Source: a virus (Duplodnaviria; Caudoviricetes). Taken from it: a DNA stretch of 28,562 nt. Positions 7,842-16,159 of the stretch are shown here, in pieces (the first letter of the stretch is position 1; each line of letters starts with the position of its first letter). The translations under genes were made by a program, and so were the position numbers. The stretch covers positions 1-28,562 of IMG/VR virus record IMGVR_UViG_3300021560_000060; one strand, written 5' to 3'. Below the pieces are notes generated by a model. That model was not told the origin of the DNA. It ran no database searches and saw nothing but the letters and a program-made list of their open reading frames with translations.

Positions 7842-8033
7842 ATGGGTCTGATAGGCATCCTGATCACACTGATAATCATCCTGATTATCTTCGGTGTTAT
7901 CTGGCAGTACATCCTGCCGATGTTCAACTTTCCGCCGGGCATCAACAATGCGATTACCGCCGTGCTCGCATTGATCTTCCTGTTGGTCCTCTTGCATCTG
8001 TTGCTGCCGCTCGCTGGCGTACACGTATTCTGA
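7842..8033 (+). CDS. Two-TM small membrane protein (Thivi_2564-like)
   Basis: GGAGG RBS; two hydrophobic helices separated by a PMFNFPPG turn. Confidence 0.75.
   Translation: MGLIGILITLIIILIIFGVIWQYILPMFNFPPGINNAITAVLALIFLLVLLHLLLPLAGVHVF
7869..7897 (+). repeat. 29-bp direct repeat, copy 1
   Basis: ctgataatcatcctgattatcttcggtgt identical to 11361-11389. Confidence 0.95.
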
Positions 8034-8386
8034 TGGATACGTGCCCGGCGTGCGGTAGCCGTGCCGTACGCTTCAACTATGGTGGTGAGCGCGGCGAAGC
8101 CGGTCCATTCATGTACTGCGAAGATTGCGATTACGATCAAGAGGGTGCCATGAGCATGCAACCGAAGATACCGTATCGCGACATGCGGCAACTGATCAGC
8201 AAGTTGGAAGCCACGTTGCAGGACGTGGCACGGATTGCCAGTGCAACGCAACTGACCGAGTTTGAAGTCGCACCGTCGATCAGTGATTGCGAATTCATGG
8301 CAGTGTACGCATCCGGTATCACTGCGCTGTTGTCATCCATGATCGCAGCACGCGCCCACGCATTGCCGGTAGGAATGCAAACATGA
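8033..8386 (+). CDS. Zn-ribbon hypothetical protein
   Basis: CPAC...CEDC; TGATG coupling upstream, ATGA downstream. Confidence 0.7.
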   Translation: MDTCPACGSRAVRFNYGGERGEAGPFMYCEDCDYDQEGAMSMQPKIPYRDMRQLISKLEATLQDVARIASATQLTEFEVAPSISDCEFMAVYASGITALLSSMIAARAHALPVGMQT

Positions 8387-8667
8387 TGCTTCGCGTTGTC
8401 GCACTGCTTGTACTCGCCATGCCGGCTTATGCGGCGACCGAGCGATCAAGCACCATGGTCGCACACTTCAAGGCGACGCATCCGTGTCCGGCAAACGGTC
8501 ATACCAAAGGCGCCTGTCCCGGCTACGTTGTCGATCACATCATCCCGTTATGTGCCGGCGGCGATGATGCGGTGTACAACATGCAGTGGCAGACCTACGC
8601 CGAGTCAAAGACAAAGGACAAGCGCGAGGTTGCGTACTGCACGGCACACCGCAAGGCGAATCCATAG
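8383..8667 (+). CDS. HNH-motif protein with N-terminal signal peptide
   Basis: MMLRVVALLVLAMPAYA|A signal; CPGYVVDHIIPLCAGGDDAVYNMQWQT. Confidence 0.8.
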   Translation: MMLRVVALLVLAMPAYAATERSSTMVAHFKATHPCPANGHTKGACPGYVVDHIIPLCAGGDDAVYNMQWQTYAESKTKDKREVAYCTAHRKANP

Positions 8668-8679
8668 GGAGTACACCAC

Positions 8680-8850
8680 ATGCCGACGATCGAAGAAGCC
8701 GAGCAAATGGCCAAGCTGCGCGCCGAACAGGAAGAGGCGCATTGGAAGGTGCAGAACGCCATCATGGATTTGATCTGGCCACCGCCACCTGAACCGACAC
8801 CGGTTGCACAGCGTGCCGATCGCGAAGATGCCGATGCCGTGGAGCGGTGA
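8680..8850 (+). CDS. Hypothetical protein (56 aa)
   Basis: GGGAG RBS; MPTIEEAEQMAKLRAEQEEAHWKVQNAIMDLIWPPPPEP...; below track cut-off. Confidence 0.65.
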   Translation: MPTIEEAEQMAKLRAEQEEAHWKVQNAIMDLIWPPPPEPTPVAQRADREDADAVER

Positions 8851-8863
8851 AGCGATCATCGTT

Positions 8864-9004
8864 ATGTGGTACATCGACCGTGGCATCCTTTGCCGCCACA
8901 ACTTCTACCATGTCCCGTACAATCCACGCGCCGTTGATCATGCGCAGGAATGGGAATATGTACGCGGCTACGTGACGTGGCTGGAATATCGTCATGCCGT
9001 TTGA
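8864..9004 (+). CDS. Hypothetical protein (46 aa)
   Basis: Fills gap to terL; start uncertain. Confidence 0.4.
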   Translation: MWYIDRGILCRHNFYHVPYNPRAVDHAQEWEYVRGYVTWLEYRHAV

Positions 9005-10289
9005 TGCACCACCACAGATCAACGTCGGCATACCGGAAGCCTTCCTGCCGCTGTTCTGGAAAAGCTTTCCCGACGGTTCGCCGCTGCGGTACAAATGCTT
9101 CTACGGTGGCCGGTCATCCGGCAAGTCAACCAACCTCGCACGTGCACTGGTCGCCGAAGCGTACACCGAACCGCATTTAGTACTGTGCACGCGCGAATAT
9201 CAGAATACCATCGCCGATAGTGTGTACCGCGTATTGCAGAAGGCGATAAGCGATTTACAGATTACGCCGTACTTCATCTTCCTTGACGCCTCGATCACAT
9301 GCCGGCTCACCGGCAGTCAATTCATCTTCAAGGGATTACGCCGTGACATCCAGGGCATCCGCTCGCTTGAAGGCGTGACACGCTGTTGGATCGAAGAGGC
9401 GCATTGGCTGACACAGGATAGTTGGCTCATTCTCGATCCGACCATCCGTACCGCTGGCAGTCAGATTTTCGTCTCGTACAATCCGGTGAACGACGGCGAT
9501 CCGACGCATCGCATGTTTGCGTTGAAGACGCCGGAGCAAGCCAAGGCCATGGGCGCGTACGTCGCCAAGGTCGGTTGGCAGGATAATCCGTTCATCACGC
9601 CGGATATGGAACGCCTGCGCCTCAACATGATGCTGTCTGATCCCGACAATTACGATTGGGTGTGGGAAGGCCACACACGCAAGATATCCAACGCCACCAT
9701 CTTCAAGGATAAGGTTGAGATACTCGATTTCGACGTACCGAAGTGGCCGCTCATTGATCGCTTTTACTTCGGCCTCGATTGGGGCTTCGCCAACGATCCG
9801 CTCGCCGCCATCCGCTGTTGGATATTGGATAACTGTCTGTACGTTGACCACGAATTTTTTGGCATCAACGTGGAGATTGATCAGGTCCGCGCGGCGCTGT
9901 ACGGTGAAGACGGCTTCCACGGCATCCCCGGCGCCGAAGAGGGATTTTGGAAAGCCGACAATGCACGGCCGGAGTGCATAAGCTTTGTTGCACGCCAAGG
10001 CGTCAACATGAGCGCAGCCGAGAAGTGGCCGGGATCAGTTGAGGACGGCATACTGCATTTGAAGGCGTTCAAGAAGATTTACATTCATCCGCGCTGTACC
10101 AACATGGTGCAGGAGTCGCGGCTCTATTCGTACAAAACCGATGACAAGGTGCTGGATGCTAACGGCAACCCGTTGGTGCTGGCCAAGGTGGAAGACAAGC
10201 ACAATCACGGCTTTGACGCACTTCGCTATGCGCTTGACGGATATATACAAAAGCGTGGCGGGCTTGCGCAGTGGGAAGCCTTGGCATAG
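8994..10289 (+). CDS. terL: Terminase large subunit, PBSX/Terminase_3 type
   Basis: Walker A YGGRSSGKS, Walker B CWIEEA, YNP coupling motif, nuclease GLDWGF..DP, ADNARPE, HGFDALRYA. Confidence 0.97.
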   Translation: MPFDAPPQINVGIPEAFLPLFWKSFPDGSPLRYKCFYGGRSSGKSTNLARALVAEAYTEPHLVLCTREYQNTIADSVYRVLQKAISDLQITPYFIFLDASITCRLTGSQFIFKGLRRDIQGIRSLEGVTRCWIEEAHWLTQDSWLILDPTIRTAGSQIFVSYNPVNDGDPTHRMFALKTPEQAKAMGAYVAKVGWQDNPFITPDMERLRLNMMLSDPDNYDWVWEGHTRKISNATIFKDKVEILDFDVPKWPLIDRFYFGLDWGFANDPLAAIRCWILDNCLYVDHEFFGINVEIDQVRAALYGEDGFHGIPGAEEGFWKADNARPECISFVARQGVNMSAAEKWPGSVEDGILHLKAFKKIYIHPRCTNMVQESRLYSYKTDDKVLDANGNPLVLAKVEDKHNHGFDALRYALDGYIQKRGGLAQWEALA

Positions 10290-10314
10290 CGTCGCGTTTT
10301 CGGGGAGGCATCGC

Positions 10315-10605
10315 ATGCGTGACGGTGTGGAAATCCGGGTAACGGTCAGCGGACCCGCCGACCAGCGGCTGTACGCTTTCAATATGATGATCGACGGGGT
10401 GACGGCGGAAAGTTTGTACTATGGTGCGCCGCCACCGTTCGGTGAGATACCCGAGTTGAGCCGCATCGCGTTACTGTTACTGGATTATGCTGCCAAGCGT
10501 ACCAGGGCCGAGAAGCTTGCCGAGTACATCGCGGCGGATGTTGCAGCGAAAATCCTGCAATGCGTCAACGAGGTTACCGGTGCGCCGAGCATGCCGCGCG
10601 CATAG
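10315..10605 (+). CDS. Hypothetical protein
   Basis: GGGGAGG RBS before ATG 10315. Confidence 0.7.
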   Translation: MRDGVEIRVTVSGPADQRLYAFNMMIDGVTAESLYYGAPPPFGEIPELSRIALLLLDYAAKRTRAEKLAEYIAADVAAKILQCVNEVTGAPSMPRA

Positions 10606-10782
10606 GCGGTGTGAGATCGCAACTGCGGTGGAGGTTGATCATGTAAGCACGCATGGACTGCAAACCTCTTGTTTCGCTTGAATTGGGTTCGTACAAAAAC
10701 AGCGGTTGAGGGTGACGCGGTACAGTGCTGGTGCCTCTTGTGTAAGTGCCGGTGGAACCCTCGCAACAAAAGGAAACTGATC

Positions 10783-10887
10783 ATGGATAACACGCCAACC
10801 TCACCGAAAACCGCCAAGCGGACGACCATTGGCTTTATCGCTGCATTTGCCATCATCGGACTTGGCTTCATCGCAATGTACAGCTAG
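10783..10887 (+). CDS. Single-TM peptide (34 aa)
   Basis: AAGGAA RBS; MDNTPTSPKTAKRTTIGFIAAFAIIGLGFIAMYS. Confidence 0.6.
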   Translation: MDNTPTSPKTAKRTTIGFIAAFAIIGLGFIAMYS

Positions 10888-10899
10888 GAGGCGTACGCC

Positions 10900-11337
10900 A
10901 TGCCAGCACCGGTCGCATGGAAAGATGTACAATTCAGTGACAAGGAAGGCAACAATGTCGGCTATAAGGTGTCACTGTCGGCGCCCGGTGTGTGGCATCG
11001 CATACCGAAAGAGATCGCCGTCGCCGTAGTCAATTTGAATCCACCGTTGACTGTGACTGATCTGATCGACGACAAGGTGGTGGCGTTGTTTAAGTCGGAT
11101 GACGGCACCACTCTGGAGTACTACATCGGTCCGTACGACGAGGCTGTTGCAATGGGTTGGGATGCAGCAGCCGATGCGGAGTTCAAGAATAACGCCATCC
11201 CGGTCGAAGTGGCCGCCAACGTGGCGCAGGCGATCGGTGGTCAGGTGCAAATGTACTGCGATGCATCTGTACTGCGCGCCGATGGTACATGGGAAGGTCC
11301 GCTTCCCGGTGATGCGCCGCGTGGCAAGCCGCAGTGA
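10900..11337 (+). CDS. Hypothetical acidic protein
   Basis: AGGAGG RBS, 145 aa. Confidence 0.8.
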   Translation: MPAPVAWKDVQFSDKEGNNVGYKVSLSAPGVWHRIPKEIAVAVVNLNPPLTVTDLIDDKVVALFKSDDGTTLEYYIGPYDEAVAMGWDAAADAEFKNNAIPVEVAANVAQAIGGQVQMYCDASVLRADGTWEGPLPGDAPRGKPQ

Positions 11338-11489
11338 GCGAGCGTACCTGTACCGAATGGCTGATAATCATCCTGATTATCTTCGGTGTCATCCATTCTG
11401 GTAATCTGCACATGAGCGTGTTGCTGTTTGTCATTGCGATCCTTGCGTGCCTCGCTGCGTTTGCCTTGTGGTTGACAACATGGGTTTAA
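11334..11489 (+). CDS. Small hydrophobic membrane protein (51 aa)
   Basis: GTGA overlap; MSERTCTEWLIIILIIFGVIHSGNLHMSVLLFVIAILACLAAFALWLTTWV. Confidence 0.6.
   Translation: MSERTCTEWLIIILIIFGVIHSGNLHMSVLLFVIAILACLAAFALWLTTWV
11361..11389 (+). repeat. 29-bp direct repeat, copy 2
   Basis: Identical to 7869-7897, same reading frame (LIIILIIFGV). Confidence 0.95.
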
Positions 11490-11589
11490 GCTTGCGGCGG
11501 TGTGACCTGCCCCATCTGGCACACCGTGCGCGTACTGCCGCCAATGGCCAGATGTACAGCAGGGGAGTTGGCGGTGGGGAGGACAGACA

Positions 11590-11805
11590 ATGAGCGATGA
11601 TCCTGAGCCACCCTGGTGGGAGCCGGCCGACGACGAAGCGCCACGCATCGTTGGCCATATCAACTCACCGCTGATCGACCTGATCCGCAAGCATGCGCCG
11701 TGGAATAAAGACGATGCGCTGGCGCTGGGCGATCAGCTTTGGGCGGTGGTGGAGCCGGGCGATTTCGACACTGCCAAAGCGGTGCGTGTGAGGGAACGCG
11801 TATAG
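11590..11805 (+). CDS. Hypothetical protein
   Basis: GGGGAGG RBS. Confidence 0.7.
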   Translation: MSDDPEPPWWEPADDEAPRIVGHINSPLIDLIRKHAPWNKDDALALGDQLWAVVEPGDFDTAKAVRVRERV

Positions 11806-11812
11806 TAAGGAC

Positions 11813-12028
11813 ATGGCGCACGTCCCTTGCAACAAGTGCCGATGGGGCCGGAGTTGCAGCACGCACGGCTGCGTCGAGTTGAAAGCGATCGAGCTACGCG
11901 TCAGATATAGTGGCATGACGTACTGCAAGGACTGCAAGGATCATATCTTCTGTCACAGCGTGCATCACTGCGAAGCGGTGATCGAGGAACGGCTGCAACT
12001 GATACAACAACGTCAAAAGGAAACATGA
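11813..12028 (+). CDS. Cys-rich small protein
   Basis: Two Cx2Cx5Cx4-5C clusters; AAGGA RBS. Confidence 0.7.
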   Translation: MAHVPCNKCRWGRSCSTHGCVELKAIELRVRYSGMTYCKDCKDHIFCHSVHHCEAVIEERLQLIQQRQKET

Positions 12029-12031
12029 GCG

Positions 12032-13021
12032 ATGGCCAAGTACGAATTATCCAAGTACACATTACACGACCTGCGTGTGTCGATCAACGGTGCGGACTGC
12101 GGTTACTCCAAGTGTGCGGTCTGTCCGGATCAGGCTGAGTGCGACACGGCCGGGCATTGCATTGGATATGCTCAGAGACAGCAAGGCCACGCCGCGTTTA
12201 TGACTGCCATGGAAGCGAAGCTTGCCGTGGATCGGCCGCGTCATTTACTCGGTGAGCCGTTGGTTAAAATCAACAAGGAAGAGGAAGGCGCCCTTAATCC
12301 GCACTTGGCGGATCGGATCGAGCGCATACGTACCGGCATGCGTGCCGAACGCGCGCAGGGCAAGCCGCGTGTATATCAAGATGGCTGCAAGTTGTACTGG
12401 TGGTCCGGCATCAACGGCACACCGCGCTACCATACCAGCACGCGTGATTTGATCTTTGGTGGCTTGCCTGCGTACATTATCCGTAGTGAGTACAGCGGGC
12501 ATCCGTACGGTATGGAGGCGTGGACCGAATTGCATGAGCCGAGCGGTGAGTACCGTACCTACCCTAACGTTGAAGTATGCCGACGGCTTTGCAACACCGC
12601 ATTGATCGAGCCGACGTTGGCTGAACAGGCACCGGTTGATACACCGGATGATTACCGTACCAAGCAGGGCGATACGCAGCGCCGCGCTGGTACATTGCTG
12701 TTGTTGCCGGACAGCGATTTTCTTGTTTGCCTGCCACCGGATCACTTCGTACGCGCAAGGCAGAGTGGTGATGGTGCTTATACTGCATACATCATTGAAG
12801 GTCCGTGGCTGCCGGTGTGGCCTGATCGCAGCGTTATGCCGGAGTATATAAACATTCGCGTTACATCGAAGCGCACCGCAGGCGACGGTGCATTTGACAC
12901 TGGCGACACAATGTACACTGCGCAGTTTCAGACCAGCGATGGCCGGTGCAGCAAGCAATCGTGGGATGTCACCGCGTACATGCAGGCAAGAGGAAACCAT
13001 GACCGTGTACATGCGTCTTAA
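12032..13021 (+). CDS. Hypothetical protein with N-terminal Cys cluster
   Basis: 329 aa; CAVCPDQAECDTAGHC; rest unrecognised. Confidence 0.75.
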   Translation: MAKYELSKYTLHDLRVSINGADCGYSKCAVCPDQAECDTAGHCIGYAQRQQGHAAFMTAMEAKLAVDRPRHLLGEPLVKINKEEEGALNPHLADRIERIRTGMRAERAQGKPRVYQDGCKLYWWSGINGTPRYHTSTRDLIFGGLPAYIIRSEYSGHPYGMEAWTELHEPSGEYRTYPNVEVCRRLCNTALIEPTLAEQAPVDTPDDYRTKQGDTQRRAGTLLLLPDSDFLVCLPPDHFVRARQSGDGAYTAYIIEGPWLPVWPDRSVMPEYINIRVTSKRTAGDGAFDTGDTMYTAQFQTSDGRCSKQSWDVTAYMQARGNHDRVHAS

Positions 13022-13412
13022 CGAGTTCCAAAGCACTGCAACACGCTGGGCACGCGCGACGTTCGGCGATGCGCCTGTTGCAGATAAGCAAGAGCGCGCC
13101 TATCGCTTCTTTGAGGAAGCCGTGGAGTTGGCGCAGGCATGCGGCATGAGTGCTGCCGATTGCGTGCGCATGGTTGAGTTGATGTACAGTCGCCCGGTTG
13201 GCGAGATCAACCGGGAAGTCGGCGGCGTGGCCAACACCTTGGCAATTCTTTGCAGTGCGCTAGGCGTCAGCATGGGTGCGGCGGCGGAAGACGAAATGGA
13301 GCGGTGTTGGCGCAACATTGAACAGATACGTGCCAAGGGCTTCGCCAAGGCTATCCGCTCGGCCACACTACCGGAAAGCGGTACTACGAGTTATGTTGGT
13401 ACCGACCGATGA
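12999..13412 (+). CDS. MazG-like (all-alpha NTP pyrophosphohydrolase) protein
   Basis: FQ..ATRWARATFG...RFFEEAVELAQA (EExxE) ...REVGGVANTLAILC; usual ExxD acidic residue is replaced by G. Confidence 0.65.
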   Translation: MTVYMRLNEFQSTATRWARATFGDAPVADKQERAYRFFEEAVELAQACGMSAADCVRMVELMYSRPVGEINREVGGVANTLAILCSALGVSMGAAAEDEMERCWRNIEQIRAKGFAKAIRSATLPESGTTSYVGTDR

Positions 13413-13741
13413 TGCGTATCGTATTCTTCATTGGCATTTTCGTACTGGCCGTCGTCGCTGTGCAGTTTGGCATGCCGAAGCTGTGGCTCATGGTGCTGGC
13501 GTTTACCATGGTGATCGGCGGTACGCTCTATGATTTCGTGTTCTGGCCGGAGTCCAATACGCCGATGTACCGCAGGCGTGGTCGGACATGGGTTGCGCTG
13601 GGATGCTTTGGGCTGGCCATCCCGTTGATCATGCTGGTGCAGCCGATCGACTACGCGATGATTACCATCCTCGTGCTCATGATGGTGGGTCAGGTGCGGC
13701 GCTTGTGGGCGATCCGCAACTGGCAGTGGGATGCGTCGTGA
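13409..13741 (+). CDS. Four-TM membrane protein
   Basis: ATGA overlap; four hydrophobic segments with an Arg-rich loop. Confidence 0.75.
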   Translation: MMRIVFFIGIFVLAVVAVQFGMPKLWLMVLAFTMVIGGTLYDFVFWPESNTPMYRRRGRTWVALGCFGLAIPLIMLVQPIDYAMITILVLMMVGQVRRLWAIRNWQWDAS

Positions 13742-14010
13742 ACGATAAGGTTGAACACGTACGTGCGGTAGGTCGCAAGCCTAATCCGACTCGGCATCTT
13801 TGCCATTGGCCGGGTTGCAATCAAATTGTACCGCCGGCCATGTGGGGATGCCGCCGACATTGGTTCAAATTGCCGAAGCCGATGCGCGACAAGATATGGC
13901 GCACCTATCGCCCCGGACAGGAAGACGATAAGAGGCCATCGGCCGAGTATATCGAAGCAGCGCGCGAAGTGCAATATTGGATCATAATGCAAAACACGAT
14001 GGGACGTTGA
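13738..14010 (+). CDS. Zn-binding phage protein (Cx4C...Cx2H)
   Basis: GTGA overlap; HLCHWPGC...VPPAMWGCRRHWFKLP...IWRTYRPGQE. Confidence 0.75.
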   Translation: MNDKVEHVRAVGRKPNPTRHLCHWPGCNQIVPPAMWGCRRHWFKLPKPMRDKIWRTYRPGQEDDKRPSAEYIEAAREVQYWIIMQNTMGR

Positions 14011-14034
14011 ACCACAAACCAAAAGGAAACAGCC

Positions 14035-14655
14035 ATGAGTGACACGTTGGGCAATGGCGGCGGCGATGCAACAAATGCCGGTACGTCCGATGTCTCGGGC
14101 GGATTCGGTGGTGGGATCGGTAATGCCGCCGCATCTGGCTCTGGCCAGTCAGGTACCGTCGGCAACGGTGACGTATCCGGTGGTGGAACTGGGACCGGGG
14201 GCGGTGGCGGTGCCGCCGGAAGCACTGGTACAGGTCTTGCAACTACAGCAACCGACGTTGCAGTTCTTGGTGGTGCGGTACTTACGACTGGTGGGATCGT
14301 GATGGTCGGCGGTCCAACAGCCGGTGTTGCAGTCACGCTTGCCGGTACAGCACTGACGTTTGGATCAACTGAGGCGGTGCAGACGGCATTTGAACATGCC
14401 GCAACCGATATCTCCAACTCATTCGGCGCCACGGCAGCCAATCCAAATGCGGTTGGCTTGGGCATATTCGAGACATCGGCACAAGGTGTACTGGATGCAA
14501 CCAGTTATGGTGCAGATGGTACTGCGATCATCGGTTCGCTGCCAAACGGCGGCGGTCAGATTTGGGCGTTGTCCGGCAACGGTAATATCGGCATTACAAG
14601 CGGCAACGGCTTCGGACCACTTGGTACGGATGCGTTCAACGCCAGCATGGTTTAA
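14035..14655 (+). CDS. Gly-rich protein with central hydrophobic hairpin
   Basis: AAGGAA RBS; 206 aa, no Lys/Arg/Cys; VAVLGGAVLTTGGIVMVGGPTAGVAVTLAGTALTFG. Confidence 0.8.
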   Translation: MSDTLGNGGGDATNAGTSDVSGGFGGGIGNAAASGSGQSGTVGNGDVSGGGTGTGGGGGAAGSTGTGLATTATDVAVLGGAVLTTGGIVMVGGPTAGVAVTLAGTALTFGSTEAVQTAFEHAATDISNSFGATAANPNAVGLGIFETSAQGVLDATSYGADGTAIIGSLPNGGGQIWALSGNGNIGITSGNGFGPLGTDAFNASMV

Positions 14656-14666
14656 GGAGTACGCAC

Positions 14667-14873
14667 ATGGACACGGTTGCAGTGTTGCAGCAGCAGGTCG
14701 CTGATCTGACTGCGCGCATGGAGGAAGCTGAGCGCAAGCTTGTCGCACTCTCCCGTGCCCAACCTCCGGTACAAGCGATTGCCAGCATGCGGATAAGCGG
14801 CGGCATGGCCGGAGGACGTGGACGTAGCAGCGAGCCGCGTACGTGGACCAGCAACATCGGTGATCCGGTTTGA
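14667..14873 (+). CDS. Short coiled-coil protein
   Basis: AAGGAG RBS; VLQQQVADLTARMEEAERKL. Confidence 0.7.
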   Translation: MDTVAVLQQQVADLTARMEEAERKLVALSRAQPPVQAIASMRISGGMAGGRGRSSEPRTWTSNIGDPV

Positions 14874-14878
14874 AATTT

Positions 14879-14950
14879 ATGCGCGGTACCGTGTTTGGCG
14901 TTTTGCTGTCTGTGCCGTGCTGGTCGTTGATCATTTGGTTGCTGTGGTGA
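14879..14950 (+). CDS. Possible 23-aa TM peptide
   Basis: MRGTVFGVLLSVPCWSLIIWLLW*; weak RBS. Confidence 0.35.
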   Translation: MRGTVFGVLLSVPCWSLIIWLLW

Positions 14951-15004
14951 TGCCATGTTGTTACCGCTTGTACGGGAGATTGAGCACGGGAGAGTGCGGC
15001 ATGT
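14950..15004 (+). repeat. 55-bp direct repeat, copy 1
   Basis: atgccatgttgttaccgcttgtacgggagattgagcacgggagagtgcggcatgt identical to 15425-15479. Confidence 0.95.
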
Positions 15005-15098
15005 GCCTTCGTACAACGAGATCGTACGCTTGCAGGTCAAGGACCCGAGGTCCAAGGCCCGGTGATCCGCCACCGCACTTGAAGAACGGTGATGCGTG

Positions 15099-15287
15099 AT
15101 GGCCGACGAACGCGCCACTGTGGTGTACGCGGATGAATTCAAACCGCACAAGCATGCAACCGTGATCACCACATACAAAAACATCATCCATGGCGGTAAG
15201 CTGGTCAAAACCGAAGTCTTCCGTGTACATGGCAACCACGACAGCGAGTTGCTACAGATGAGCACGGCATGGATACCCGAGCGATGA
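15099..15287 (+). CDS. Hypothetical protein
   Basis: Coupled stops/starts on both sides. Confidence 0.6.
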   Translation: MADERATVVYADEFKPHKHATVITTYKNIIHGGKLVKTEVFRVHGNHDSELLQMSTAWIPER

Positions 15288-15403
15288 CTATCAGGCTACT
15301 GCGTATCTTCGCGCGGTACTTCGCACTTGGGCTGGCACAATCGCTTGGATGGGTAACCGGCGCCTTGATAGTGATCAGCCTGTACAAACACTATTGGCCA
15401 TAA
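15284..15403 (+). CDS. Small TM peptide (39 aa)
   Basis: ATGA overlap; MTIRLLRIFARYFALGLAQSLGWVTGALIVISLYKHYWP. Confidence 0.55.
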   Translation: MTIRLLRIFARYFALGLAQSLGWVTGALIVISLYKHYWP

Positions 15404-15424
15404 GGCCAAAGAAAACACATGACC

Positions 15425-15479
15425 ATGCCATGTTGTTACCGCTTGTACGGGAGATTGAGCACGGGAGAGTGCGGCATGT
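15425..15479 (+). repeat. 55-bp direct repeat, copy 2
   Basis: Identical to 14950-15004. Confidence 0.95.
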
Positions 15480-15757
15480 TGTACAGGTTGCCGAGTGGCG
15501 AGTGGCTGACGTTGAGGGATGTATGTGGGATTACTGTTTGCGAGCGTAGCTATCCGCCGGAAGACGCAGGCAAATGGGACGTATGCCTGATCGCGGTCAT
15601 CGGCAAGCAGAAGCCGGATGATATGGGCTGCGAAACCTATTTCCGCGTCAGGTTTGACGGCGAAGCGCCGGCCAAGGACTTCGCTGATCAGATGGCCAAG
15701 CTGGTCAACGAAGCACAGATGGAAGTAATCCCTGTGCTGCCGGGCTTTGTCGAATGA
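15476..15757 (+). CDS. Hypothetical protein
   Basis: GGGAGAG RBS inside the repeat; MLYRLPSGEWLTLRDV... Confidence 0.7.
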   Translation: MLYRLPSGEWLTLRDVCGITVCERSYPPEDAGKWDVCLIAVIGKQKPDDMGCETYFRVRFDGEAPAKDFADQMAKLVNEAQMEVIPVLPGFVE

Positions 15758-15960
15758 CTTCTGAGGAAAAGGCATACGTGGCGTTGTTGCACAATCCGGC
15801 GCCGACGATCCGCGATTACGATATTGATGCCTTCGCCGATGGCATCATAGCACACCGCGCCGGGGCCGGGTTTCACGAGAACCCGCACGGTGCCAATGCG
15901 CTGACAGTTGCACGTCTATCGTGGTCAATGGGCTGGAATGAACGCGCATTGTGTCAATGA
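15754..15960 (+). CDS. Rmf/CrpP-fold-like small protein
   Basis: AFADGIIAHRAG...NPH...WSMGW follows the AxxxGxxA..G...(C/N)PY....W..GW pattern. Confidence 0.55.
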   Translation: MTSEEKAYVALLHNPAPTIRDYDIDAFADGIIAHRAGAGFHENPHGANALTVARLSWSMGWNERALCQ

Positions 15961-16111
15961 CAAGCCCAAGAGCCGGTTGCTGCGGTGTACCCACTGCGGC
16001 AAGCTGATCACGCGCATTGAGTGGGACGCGTTCAAATTTACGCAGACTTTCCGCTGTTGCAGCAGTACCAACCTGCAACCGTATGACGTACCGGTACGAC
16101 CGCTGAACTAA
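15938..16111 (+). CDS. Zn-ribbon small protein
   Basis: LLRCTHCGKL...RCCSSTNL; start uncertain. Confidence 0.55.
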   Translation: MNAHCVNDKPKSRLLRCTHCGKLITRIEWDAFKFTQTFRCCSSTNLQPYDVPVRPLN

Positions 16112-16159
16112 ACGGCGGTGGGCCGCCACGCGCGGTCCTTTCCTTCAAGGTGTACAATC

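Noticed and set aside
8051-8063. Second ops-like TGCGGTAGCCGTG
   Set aside because: Explained by Cys-Gly-Ser-Arg codons of a Zn ribbon.
10606-10782. Cys-containing frame upstream of 10783
   Set aside because: No good start/RBS; the strong GGAGG is followed by ATG-TAA; cannot support a gene.
14950-15479. 55-bp repeats as CRISPR or att sites
   Set aside because: Only two copies, 420-nt spacer, no cas or integrase in the window.
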